From positions 16,310 to 80,309 of the forward strand of contig JAWKXP010000006.1 of assembly GCA_041396945.1 (NCBI GenBank): 64,000 bases of DNA, in the 5' to 3' direction. Positions 46,170 through 54,641 of this stretch are shown here, in pieces. Position 1 is the first letter of the stretch; every line of letters begins with the position of its first letter. The stretch comes from Sphingomonadaceae bacterium. GTDB lineage: Bacteria > Pseudomonadota > Alphaproteobacteria > Sphingomonadales > Sphingomonadaceae. Under the pieces are notes generated by a model. It made no database searches and was not told the DNA's origin. It worked only from the letters and a program-made list of their open reading frames with translations. Made by a program: the position numbers and the translations under genes.

Positions 46170-47585
46170 ATGGCTGAAAGCGATCCCGACATCAAAGGCG
46201 GCACGGCACGCAGCCCCGGCGTCACCTGGTTCGAGCTGATGGATACCGACAGCAAGCCGGTGCCCGATTTCCTCAAGGATGATGCTTACGAATATCGCGG
46301 CTCAGCGCCGCTCGCGACCACGCGCTATACCAGCGAGGAATTCGCGAAACTCGAGCGCGAGCGCGTGTTCCCCTACGTCTGGCAGTTCGCCGCGCGCGAA
46401 GAAGACATTCCCGAAGCGGGCGACCATGTGGTTTACGAGAACGCGGGCCGTTCCTGGCTGGTGGTGCGGCAGGAAGACGGCTCGGTCCGCGCGTTCCATA
46501 ACGTCTGCCTCCATCGCGGACGCAAGCTTTGCACCGATGCGGGCAACACCGACAACCTGACCTGCCCGTTCCACGGCTTCAGCTGGAACCTCGACGGATC
46601 GTTCCGCAACAACCCGTGCCAGTGGGATTTCGAGCACCTGTCAGACGAAAAGCTGCAACTGCCAGAGGCCGAGGTCGATTCGTGGCAGGGCTATATCTTC
46701 CTTCGCGAAGAGAAGGGCGGCCCCTCGCTGCTCGAATTCCTCGACCCGCTGCCCAAGTTCTTCGAGCGCTGGCGGCACGATGAATGCTCGACCGTGATCT
46801 GGGTAGCCAAGGAAGTTCCGGCCAACTGGAAGGTCACTGCCGAAGCCTTCATGGAAGCCTGGCACACCGTCGTGACCCACCCGCAGCTGCTGCCTTTCAC
46901 CGGTGACAGCAACTCGGCCTACTGGGTCTATGGCGACAACGTGAATGTCAACCTCGTCCCCTTCGGCGTGTTCAGCCCGCACGTGAACCCGGAAGGCAAG
47001 GACCAGCAGTGGATCGTCGACGAGTTCATCAAGTACAACGCGCGCTCGGGTGATAACTATGATGCCGATGGCGATCCGTTTGCGGTCAACGTGCCCGATG
47101 GCCAGACCGCGCGCGAGGCGCTCGGCGCGGCGATGCGCAAGGCATACGAGGAACAGTCGGGCTACGACCACTCGGGTGCGACCGATGCCGAGCTGCTCGA
47201 CGCACTGGTCTATAACGTCTTCCCCAACTTCGCGCCCTGGGGCGGCTACATGCCCAACGTCGTCTATCGCTGGCAGACCGGCTCGACGCCCGACACCTGC
47301 ATCATGGAAGTGCGCGTACTGGCGCGCGGCAAGAAGGGCGAGCCCGTTCCGCGTGGCGTCCCGCGCAATTTCCTGACGAAGGACCAGAAATGGACCGACG
47401 CCGCCGAACTGGGCGGGCTTGGCGAGGTCTTCGAACAGGACATGGACAACCTGCCCTATGTGCAGGAGGGCCTGCACTGCTCGAAGAACGGCGAGGTCCA
47501 GCTGGGCGATTACCAGGAAATCCGCATCCGCCAGCTGCACCAGACGATCGACAAGTACATCAACGGTGAGCTTGGGGGCAGCTAG
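46170..47585 (+). CDS. Rieske oxygenase alpha subunit
   Basis: CLH..CPFH, EAWHTVVTH, EQD; close paralogue of 14829..16226. Confidence 0.93.
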   Translation: MAESDPDIKGGTARSPGVTWFELMDTDSKPVPDFLKDDAYEYRGSAPLATTRYTSEEFAKLERERVFPYVWQFAAREEDIPEAGDHVVYENAGRSWLVVRQEDGSVRAFHNVCLHRGRKLCTDAGNTDNLTCPFHGFSWNLDGSFRNNPCQWDFEHLSDEKLQLPEAEVDSWQGYIFLREEKGGPSLLEFLDPLPKFFERWRHDECSTVIWVAKEVPANWKVTAEAFMEAWHTVVTHPQLLPFTGDSNSAYWVYGDNVNVNLVPFGVFSPHVNPEGKDQQWIVDEFIKYNARSGDNYDADGDPFAVNVPDGQTAREALGAAMRKAYEEQSGYDHSGATDAELLDALVYNVFPNFAPWGGYMPNVVYRWQTGSTPDTCIMEVRVLARGKKGEPVPRGVPRNFLTKDQKWTDAAELGGLGEVFEQDMDNLPYVQEGLHCSKNGEVQLGDYQEIRIRQLHQTIDKYINGELGGS

Positions 47586-47599
47586 GGTTATCCTGCTTT

Positions 47600-47687
47600 C
47601 GTCGCCCCGTGCTTGCACGGGGCAAGGCTTCCTTTGCCGGATGGTGCGCCAGAAGCAGCCTTGGCCCGCATCAAGTGCGGGCCGACG
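47600..47687. repeat. REP-like inverted pair
   Basis: CGTCGCCCCGTGCTTGCACGGGGC ... GGCCCGCATCAAGTGCGGGCCGACG. Confidence 0.7.
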
Positions 47688-47717
47688 GAGCGTTTGAAAT
47701 GCCCGCGTTTCCGCCCG

Positions 47718-48014
47718 CTAAATCCCGTTCAGAAGCATGTCGAGCGCGCCGAATACGACATATTCCTGATCGGCGACCGACGCGATGACCGGGCCAAGCT
47801 CGCGGACCGGCATGGCCGAAGCCAGATCGGCATAAAACACGAGCCGTTCCTCGCCGACCGTCAGCTGCGGGTTAAGCCGGTTGATCGGGGCAGGACCGTC
47901 TTCGGCGGTCGCCAGCGGCACGACGAGCCGCGTGGTCAGATAGGCATGCATGTCCGACTGGCAGTCGACCACGCGGGTGCCGTCGGCGAGGCGGTGGACA
48001 TCGAAATGCGCCAT
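47718..48014 (-). CDS. ccdB: CcdB family toxin
   Basis: MAHFDVH..VVDCQSD..LTTRLVVPL..RLNP..ALDMLLNGI; TGATG overlap with the antitoxin. Confidence 0.88.
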   Translation of the reverse strand: MAHFDVHRLADGTRVVDCQSDMHAYLTTRLVVPLATAEDGPAPINRLNPQLTVGEERLVFYADLASAMPVRELGPVIASVADQEYVVFGALDMLLNGI

Positions 48015-48250
48015 CAGAACATGCGATATTTGGCGAGCGGCAAGCCGTTCTTCTCGACCCAGGCGTTGTGGGATTCGATCGCCTCGCGGTTCTCTTCCAG
48101 CCATTTCTCGCGGCGTTTCTCCGCAAGTTCGGCGACAATGCCGCGTTCGGCGGCCTGCGAGAGGTTGATGCCGAGTTCCTTCGCCTCGGCCACGACATCG
48201 GCCGGGAGCGAAATATTGGTCGAGCGTTTCTGCGCCTTTGTCATGCGCAT
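48014..48250 (-). CDS. ccdA: CcdA family antitoxin
   Basis: KRSTNISL..AKELGINLS..WLEENREAI..N..VEKNGLPL..YRMF (start may be 48244). Confidence 0.92.
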   Translation of the reverse strand: MRMTKAQKRSTNISLPADVVAEAKELGINLSQAAERGIVAELAEKRREKWLEENREAIESHNAWVEKNGLPLAKYRMF

Positions 48251-48263
48251 AAATTATGCGCAT
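48243..48263. promoter_or_regulatory. Probable ccdAB autorepression operator
   Basis: ATGCGCATAAATTATGCGCAT palindrome over the ccdA start. Confidence 0.6.
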
Positions 48264-48358
48264 AGAAACTGCGCGTCAATCGCCCTAGCCAAATGATCGA
48301 TTGAGGCGCGGTGCAGGGCGGGGCATCACGCGTGCATCAAGGAATCGAGAGGACCGCC

Positions 48359-49117
48359 ATGACCGAAGAAAACCGCCCGCCCCGGATCGACTGTGTGCTT
48401 ATTGCCGGGGGCGTCTGGCATGACATCGACTTTGCGCGGCTCGAACTTCTCAAGCTGCTCGCCGAGGATCAGGCGGTGCGCACGCGCGTGTTCGAGGATT
48501 ACGAGAATATCGAGGCGATCAGGAACGCCGACATCATCATCACCTATACCTGTGACGTGACGCCCTCGCTCGCCGCGCAGGAAGCGCTGCGCGACTGGGC
48601 CGAGGCGGGCGGGCGCTGGTATGCGCTGCACGGCACGAATTCGGTGCTGCGCCTGATGGATGACGGCCTCTGGGACGCGCCGCGCTGGGCGCCGCTGTTC
48701 ATGGACCTGCTCGGCAGCCAGTTCATCTCGCACCCGCCGATTGCGCCTTACAAGGTGACGGTCGCCGATCCGGGGCATCCGCTGGTCGAAGGCGTCGAGC
48801 CGTTCGAGACCACCGACGAGCTATACCACCTCGAAACGCACGGCGACCTGCACGTCCTGCTCGAAACCGAATGCACCGAAGAGGGCACCGGTTTCCGCGA
48901 AGCCGCCGATGCGCCGGGCACGCATCCGGTCTTCTACATCAAGCCGCGCGGCAAGGGCGCGGTGCTTTACAACACGCTGGGCCACTGCCGGGGGCACTAT
49001 GACCTGCAGCCGATGGCCGACTGGTGGCCGACGGTCGACCGCTGCGCCTGGGACCTGCCGGTCTTCTACGAGCTGCTGCGGCGCGGGATCGCGTGGATCA
49101 AGCAGCGCGAGGGTTGA
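48359..49117 (+). CDS. ThuA-like domain protein
   Basis: YALHG, LGSQFISHPP, HPLVEG..F...DELY, YNTLGH. Confidence 0.8.
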   Translation: MTEENRPPRIDCVLIAGGVWHDIDFARLELLKLLAEDQAVRTRVFEDYENIEAIRNADIIITYTCDVTPSLAAQEALRDWAEAGGRWYALHGTNSVLRLMDDGLWDAPRWAPLFMDLLGSQFISHPPIAPYKVTVADPGHPLVEGVEPFETTDELYHLETHGDLHVLLETECTEEGTGFREAADAPGTHPVFYIKPRGKGAVLYNTLGHCRGHYDLQPMADWWPTVDRCAWDLPVFYELLRRGIAWIKQREG

Positions 49118-49126
49118 TGGTATCTC

Positions 49127-49283
49127 GCCCCTCCTGTTGGGCTGCGCCCGCCTGCGGCTCAGTGGAGGGGCAGCGAGACTTACCTAGCCGAAGGCGAGGA
49201 TAGTCGCCTGGGGTGGGGCATTCGCCGCGTGTAACGCGAGGCTGCGTAGCCCCCACCCCCGTCCCCTCCCTGAAGGAGAGGGG
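49127..49283. repeat. CIR/RIME-like element (degenerate, with insertion)
   Basis: GCCCCTCC..GGAGGGGC, GGGGTGGGGC/GCCCCACCCC, CCCCTCCCTGAAGGAGAGGGG. Confidence 0.7.
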
Positions 49284-49305
49284 TGAGGATTCCGATGCGT
49301 TTCAA

Positions 49306-50412
49306 TCAGCTCACCCCAGCGAACCGGTCGAGCGCGGTTTCGGGCGAATCGGGCCAGCGCGAGAGCACCAGCAGGCGTTTGTGGCCGTGGCCGATGGCGA
49401 GTTCGTCGGTAACGCCCATGCCGCCGTGGAACTGGATCATCTCGTGGCCCAGCTCGACCGAGGCCGGGGCGATATAGGCGCGTGCGCCCTCGACCGCCTT
49501 GGCGAAGCCATCCGTGCCTTCCGAAACCAGTGCGAGGTTGAGCAAGGCGCGGGCCTGCTCGATCACGGCATATTGCGCGACCATGCGGTGCTGCAACGCC
49601 TGGAAATTGGCGAGCGCGGTGCCGAACTGTTCGCGCGTGCGCAAATATTCCTGCGTCTCCTCGAACAGGCGCTGCATGATGCCGAGCGCTTCCGCCGAGC
49701 GGGCGAGGCTCGCCAGGGTCTGCGAGGCTTCGATTTCGGCGATGCCGCCGGTCAGGCTTTCCCCGGCAACGCCGTCGAGCGTCAGCGCGACCGCGAGGTT
49801 GCCGTCGGCCAGCCGGAAGGGCCTGATTTCAAGGCCGGACGCATCCGCAGGCACGAAATAAAGCGAAACGCCCTCGGCATCGCCCGGCTCGCCCGAGGTG
49901 CGCGCGGAAACAATAAATCCGTCCGCGCCGCCGCCTGCCGGAACGAACGCTTTTTCGCCGGTCAGCGTAATTCCTGAGCCGTTGCCGCTCGCTTTGGTAT
50001 CGACCCAGAGCCGGTTGTCGCGCGCGCCTGCCTCGGCATGGGCAAGGGCAACGCGCCGCTCGCCGAACATGATCGCGGGCAGCCATTCCTCGCGCAGCGC
50101 TTCGGGCGCGGTCGCTTCGAACAGCTTGCCGGCCAGCAGCACGTTTTCGATCACCGGCTCAACCGTCAGGCCCTTGCCAAGCGCTTCGAAGATCGTCGCG
50201 ATCCCGGTCGCATCAAGTGCAAGCCCTTCGGATTCTTCGGAAAACGGCGCAGCCAGGATGCCCAGCTCGCCCAGCAGCGACCACATCGCGGGCGAAAACC
50301 CGTTGGGCTCGCCAAGGAACGCCTTGCGCTTTTCGGTATCGTAGTGATCGACGACGAACCGCTCGGCCAATGCCTTGAGCATTTCCTCGTCTTCGCTGAG
50401 GTCGAAATTCAA
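49306..50412 (-). CDS. Acyl-CoA dehydrogenase, small (PimD-like) subunit
   Basis: TTG start MNFDLSED, REQFG..FQALQH, IQFHGGMGVT. Confidence 0.88.
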   Translation of the reverse strand: MNFDLSEDEEMLKALAERFVVDHYDTEKRKAFLGEPNGFSPAMWSLLGELGILAAPFSEESEGLALDATGIATIFEALGKGLTVEPVIENVLLAGKLFEATAPEALREEWLPAIMFGERRVALAHAEAGARDNRLWVDTKASGNGSGITLTGEKAFVPAGGGADGFIVSARTSGEPGDAEGVSLYFVPADASGLEIRPFRLADGNLAVALTLDGVAGESLTGGIAEIEASQTLASLARSAEALGIMQRLFEETQEYLRTREQFGTALANFQALQHRMVAQYAVIEQARALLNLALVSEGTDGFAKAVEGARAYIAPASVELGHEMIQFHGGMGVTDELAIGHGHKRLLVLSRWPDSPETALDRFAGVS

Positions 50413-50463
50413 ATCCAGCTCCCCTTCTCAAGGCCCTTCTTAGCACCGATGCCCGCCGCGCCA

Positions 50464-50483
50464 CGCTGGGTAAAATAATAGGG
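50464..50483. promoter_or_regulatory. lux-box-like site
   Basis: CGCT-GGGTAAAATAAT-AGGG; minus-strand TAAGAA begins at 50442 (31.5 bp); lies upstream of luxR. Confidence 0.6.
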
Positions 50484-50561
50484 TTTGATCGTGCAAAGCT
50501 CGCAATTGTACCAAGGGCGCACAGTCGTTATGCTGTCCTTAAGGGAGAGAGGAGCGAACAA

Positions 50562-51329
50562 CTGATAACGCAGGAACGCATAGATTCCGTCCGCGTGGAC
50601 GGGCCGGACGATATCCGCCGGGCGGCGAAGGCACTGCACGATATCGCGATCGAGCACGAGATGCGCGCCGCGCCCGCGCATGACATCGCCGACAAGCGCA
50701 CGCCGGTCGATGCCGAGGGCAATATCCTTGCCAAGGATATCTTCGGCTGGCCCGATGACGAGCGCGTCTGGTGGCGCAATTCGCGCATCGCGCTCGACAG
50801 CCCGCTGACCGCTGCCTGCCGCTTCGAATCCCAGCCATTCTGGGCCAACGCCGAAGGGTTTCGCACTCGCCAGCCCAACGCCTATCTCGATTCGATCGAC
50901 ATCTCCAATTTCGAACAGCGGGCGATGACCAAGTGCACGATTGGTGTGCCGGTGCACCTGCCATTCGGGCGAATCGGCGCGGTCAGCTTCAATCCGCTCG
51001 ACCTTGAAAAGACCGACCTCGAGAAGGAATTCCTCGAACTGGGTGACGCCTTCGGGCTCTACGCGCGCACCTTCATCGCCACCTATGTGCATGTGATGGG
51101 TTCGATCCAGGCGCTCCCGCCCGAATCGCACCTGTCGAAACGCGAGGTCGAGTGCCTGCGCTGGGCCGCGATCGGCAAGACCGACCTTGAGATCAGCATG
51201 ATTATCTCGCGCAGCCGGGCGACGGTGCGCTTCCATATTCATAATGCCGCGACGAAGCTCAACGCGGTCAACCGCAGCCAGACGGTCTTCAAGGCCGCGC
51301 AGCTGGGTTATATTTCGCTGAATCGGTAA
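50562..51329 (+). CDS. LuxR-family solo regulator (autoinducer-binding-like domain plus LuxR HTH)
   Basis: LSKREVECLRWAAIGKTD.EI......TVRFH..NA..KL...NR.Q; N-terminal GWP..W..DSP..PFW..VPVH..G; start CTG 50562 (SD GAGGAG) or GTG 50595. Confidence 0.9.
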   Translation: MITQERIDSVRVDGPDDIRRAAKALHDIAIEHEMRAAPAHDIADKRTPVDAEGNILAKDIFGWPDDERVWWRNSRIALDSPLTAACRFESQPFWANAEGFRTRQPNAYLDSIDISNFEQRAMTKCTIGVPVHLPFGRIGAVSFNPLDLEKTDLEKEFLELGDAFGLYARTFIATYVHVMGSIQALPPESHLSKREVECLRWAAIGKTDLEISMIISRSRATVRFHIHNAATKLNAVNRSQTVFKAAQLGYISLNR

Positions 51330-51332
51330 GAG

Positions 51333-52937
51333 TTACTTCCGATCCGCGAGAATCAGGTCGCCCGCGCGCAGGCCCAGCGCCATAGCCGGGGCGTTGGTGT
51401 TGCCGGTGACGTGCCCCGGGATCACCGAGCAATCGACCACGCGCACACCTTCCACCCCGTTCACCTTGAGTGTCGGATCGACCACGGCGGTGTTGTCGCT
51501 GCCCATGCGGCACGAGCGGATCGCGTGCAGCCCGCAGCTTGAAAGCCGCGCGAAAGCGTCGAGCAGGTCTTCGTCGGATTGCGCCGAGGGACCGGGCAGC
51601 TCCTCCTTGCCCACCATATCGCCAAGCGGCGGCGCGGCCATATAGGCGCGCATCAGCCGCATCAGCTTCACCGCCGAGGTGCGGTCATGCTCGGTCGAAA
51701 GCCAGTTGGGCAGGATATGCGGTGCATCGCCGGTCGATGGCCCGGTCGCACGCACCGAGCTTTCGCTGGTGAGCCGCAGCAGCTGGCCATAGATCGTCAC
51801 GCCGGGGCGCGGGTCGATCTTGTCGAGCGGCACCGGGTTGCCATCGTCGGCGACCTCGAAGGTATAGCCGCCGAGGTAAAGCTGCGCATCGGTACGCCCG
51901 TCGGGATGCGCGACGTTGAGGAACGCGCCGACCTCGAACGGCCCGGTCGCCATGATCCCGTCACGCTTTAACAGGTAGCGCGCCATCGCCAGTGCCGAGC
52001 CCAGCCCGAAAAAGCTTTTGTTCGTGCCGACGCCCTTTTCGAGCCGGTAAGGCATCGAGAATGAGAGATGCTCGATCATCCGCTCGCCGACATCGGGCGA
52101 ATGGGTGACAACCTCGATCCCCGCCGCGCGCAGCCGTTCGGCATCGCCGATCCCCGAGCGCTGGAGCAGCAGCGGACTTTCCATCGCGCCCGCCGAAACG
52201 ATCACTTCACCCGCGCAGGCAAATCGGCGCGGCTGGCCGTTCACCATGGCTTCGACTGCAACTGCCTTGCGATCCTCGAAGACAATGCGCTCGGCCAATG
52301 CGCTGGTGATGACCTCGACATTGGGTCGCTTGCGCGCGGGCGTGAGGAAGGTGCGCGCGGCGCTTTCGCGTTTCCCGTTACGGATGTTGTGGCTGTAAAG
52401 CCCGACGCGCGGGCCGGTGGTGCCGTTAAGGTCGTCGACGCGTTTGAGGCCCATTGCCTCGCCCGCTTCGATCATCCGGTCCGCCAGCGGGTAGGAGTAG
52501 ATCGCCGGATCGACATGCACCGGCCCGCCCGCGCCGCGCAGTTCGCCAGCGCCCGCCGCGTGGTCTTCGAGCTTGAGGAACGCCTCGGTCATCGACGCAC
52601 CGTTCCATCCGGTCGCGCCCAGGGCTTCCCACTCGTCATAGTCCGCCGGTTCGCCCCGGCTCCAGATCATGCCGTTGATCGAGGACGAGCCGCCAAGGCC
52701 CTTGCCGCGAATCCAGGTCTCGCCCGGACGGCCCTCGGCGACGGGATAGGCCCACATATGCTCGGGCTTGGTCACCAGCTTGGCGACGCCCTTGGGCAGC
52801 GTCACCCAGAACGAATCGTTCTCGCCGCCCGCTTCGAGCACCAGCACGCGCGAGCGCCCGTCCGCGCTCAGCCGCTCGGCAACGACGCATCCCGAAGAGC
52901 CCGCGCCGATCACGATATAGTCGAAGGCCTGTTCCAT
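51333..52937 (-). CDS. GMC family oxidoreductase
   Basis: DYIVIGAGSSG, RGKGLGGSSSING, H...CRMG, GNTNAP. Confidence 0.92.
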   Translation of the reverse strand: MEQAFDYIVIGAGSSGCVVAERLSADGRSRVLVLEAGGENDSFWVTLPKGVAKLVTKPEHMWAYPVAEGRPGETWIRGKGLGGSSSINGMIWSRGEPADYDEWEALGATGWNGASMTEAFLKLEDHAAGAGELRGAGGPVHVDPAIYSYPLADRMIEAGEAMGLKRVDDLNGTTGPRVGLYSHNIRNGKRESAARTFLTPARKRPNVEVITSALAERIVFEDRKAVAVEAMVNGQPRRFACAGEVIVSAGAMESPLLLQRSGIGDAERLRAAGIEVVTHSPDVGERMIEHLSFSMPYRLEKGVGTNKSFFGLGSALAMARYLLKRDGIMATGPFEVGAFLNVAHPDGRTDAQLYLGGYTFEVADDGNPVPLDKIDPRPGVTIYGQLLRLTSESSVRATGPSTGDAPHILPNWLSTEHDRTSAVKLMRLMRAYMAAPPLGDMVGKEELPGPSAQSDEDLLDAFARLSSCGLHAIRSCRMGSDNTAVVDPTLKVNGVEGVRVVDCSVIPGHVTGNTNAPAMALGLRAGDLILADRK

Positions 52938-52985
52938 GGTTTCCCCTCTCTTCCGCAAAGCCTGACATACCTGACGGAAAGGCTA

Positions 52986-53005
52986 CCCTATCGTTTTGGC
53001 GAGTC
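52986..53005. promoter_or_regulatory. lux-box-like site (divergent region)
   Basis: CCCT-ATCGTTTTGGCG-AGTC; minus-strand CAGGCT at 52964 (31.5 bp), plus-strand TAGACA at 53028 (32.5 bp). Confidence 0.6.
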
Positions 53006-53085
53006 GGAATTACCTGCCGCGCCCTTCTAGACAGGAGGAAGGCGAGAATCGCTTTCGCGCGCCATGGATAAAGAGAACAGGGACG

Positions 53086-53481
53086 ATGCACGCAATCGCA
53101 GACGGGCTTTACACGCAGGAAGACCAGCCGCGCCTTGTCGGCGGGCGTCACCGCGAGACCGGGCGGATCGTGTTTCCCTGCCCTGAAGGCAAGGACTATG
53201 AGCCATACCCGCTCCAGCGCGAGGGCACGCTCTGGTCATGGACGATCCAGCGCTATCGCCCCAAGTCGCCGCCCTATGCCGGGCCGGAGGCATTCGAACC
53301 CTGGCCGCTGGCCTATGTCGAGCTGCCCGGCGAAACGATTGTCGAGACGCGGCTCACCAATGTCGCGTTCGACGCGATCACGATCGGCATGCCGGTCGAA
53401 CTCACCTTCATCCCGCTCGATCCCGCCGCGGACGAGCGGGTCCTGATCCACGCCTTCCAGCCCAAGGGAGCATCGGCATGA
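53086..53481 (+). CDS. DUF35/OB-fold thiolase partner (BbsA-like)
   Basis: GTLWSWTIQ..PPY..YVELP..VE.RL..IGMPVEL. Confidence 0.85.
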   Translation: MHAIADGLYTQEDQPRLVGGRHRETGRIVFPCPEGKDYEPYPLQREGTLWSWTIQRYRPKSPPYAGPEAFEPWPLAYVELPGETIVETRLTNVAFDAITIGMPVELTFIPLDPAADERVLIHAFQPKGASA

Positions 53482-54641
53482 GCGACGACGTCTGCATCGT
53501 CGGTATCGGCATCCATCCGTTCGGGCGCACCGATGGCGTCTCGGGCATCGAGCAGGGCGTCTTCGCCGTACGGCAGGCGCTGGGCGACGCGGGCATCGAG
53601 TGGCCCGACGTGCAGTTCGCCTATGGCGGCTCCGATTCGGCGGGCAATCCGGATACGATGGTCGACCGCCTCGGCTTTACCGGGGTGCAGTTCATCAATG
53701 TCGTCAACGGCTGTGCGGCGGGCGGCTCGGCGCTGTTCTCGGCGCAGATGGCGATCAAGTCGGGCGAGTTCGAGCTGGGCCTTGCGGTAGGCTTCGACAA
53801 GCATCCGCGTGGTGCGTTCAACGCCTTGCCGAGCGAATACAACCTGCCCGAATGGTACGGCGAGGCGGGCTATATGATTACGACGCAGTTCTTCGCGGCC
53901 AAGATCACCCGCTACATGCACGAATACGGGATCTCGCCGGAAACGCTGGGCCGCGTCTCGGAAAAGGCGTTCCGCAACGCCGTCCATGCCGATCACGCAT
54001 GGCGGCGCGAGCCCGTGCCGCTCGATGTCATCATGGACGCGCCGATGATTTCGGACCCTTACACCAAGTACATGTTCTGCTCGCCTGCCGAGGGCGGGGT
54101 GGCGCTGATCCTTGCCAGCGAAAAGAAGGCGCGCGAGCTGGGCAAGCCGCTGGTTCGGTTGAAGGCCGCGACGATGCGCACGCGCCCGGCGGGCTCGTTC
54201 GAGGTCTTTGCGCCCTCGATCGACGTCCAGCCCGAAGGCGCAGGCCCGCGCGGCACGGCGAGCCGGATCGCCTCGCGCGATGCCTTTGCGCTTGCCGGAA
54301 TTGGCCCCGATGACATCGACGTCGCCCAGCTTCAGGACACCGAAGCGGGCGCTGAGATCATGCACATGGCCGAAAACGGCTTCTGCGCCGATGGCGAGCA
54401 GGAAAAGTGGCTGGCCGAGGGCCTGACCGAGATCGGCGGCAAGCTTCCGGTCAACACCGACGGCGGCTGCCTTGCCTGCGGCGAACCCATCGGCGCCTCG
54501 GGCCTGCGGCAGGTTTACGAAAACGTCGTGCAGCTGCGCGGCGCGGGTGGCGGGCGGCAGGTGCCCGGCGATCCGAAGACCGCCTACAGCCACGTCTATG
54601 GCGCGCCGGGCGTTTCGGCGGTCACGATTCTGGAGCGGTAA
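53478..54641 (+). CDS. SCP2-type thiolase family protein
   Basis: VGIGIHPFG, VNGCAAGG, PVNTDGG, GASGLRQ; ATGA overlap. Confidence 0.88.
   Translation: MSDDVCIVGIGIHPFGRTDGVSGIEQGVFAVRQALGDAGIEWPDVQFAYGGSDSAGNPDTMVDRLGFTGVQFINVVNGCAAGGSALFSAQMAIKSGEFELGLAVGFDKHPRGAFNALPSEYNLPEWYGEAGYMITTQFFAAKITRYMHEYGISPETLGRVSEKAFRNAVHADHAWRREPVPLDVIMDAPMISDPYTKYMFCSPAEGGVALILASEKKARELGKPLVRLKAATMRTRPAGSFEVFAPSIDVQPEGAGPRGTASRIASRDAFALAGIGPDDIDVAQLQDTEAGAEIMHMAENGFCADGEQEKWLAEGLTEIGGKLPVNTDGGCLACGEPIGASGLRQVYENVVQLRGAGGGRQVPGDPKTAYSHVYGAPGVSAVTILER

Noticed and set aside
50562-51329. Classical AHL quorum-sensing circuit
   Set aside because: No luxI in the window and the AHL-contact residues appear substituted; a distant luxI cannot be excluded
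52969-52988. Near-miss lux boxes (52969; also 48283, 50497, 63139)
   Set aside because: They lack the AG half-site at N12 spacing, so were not counted among the 17
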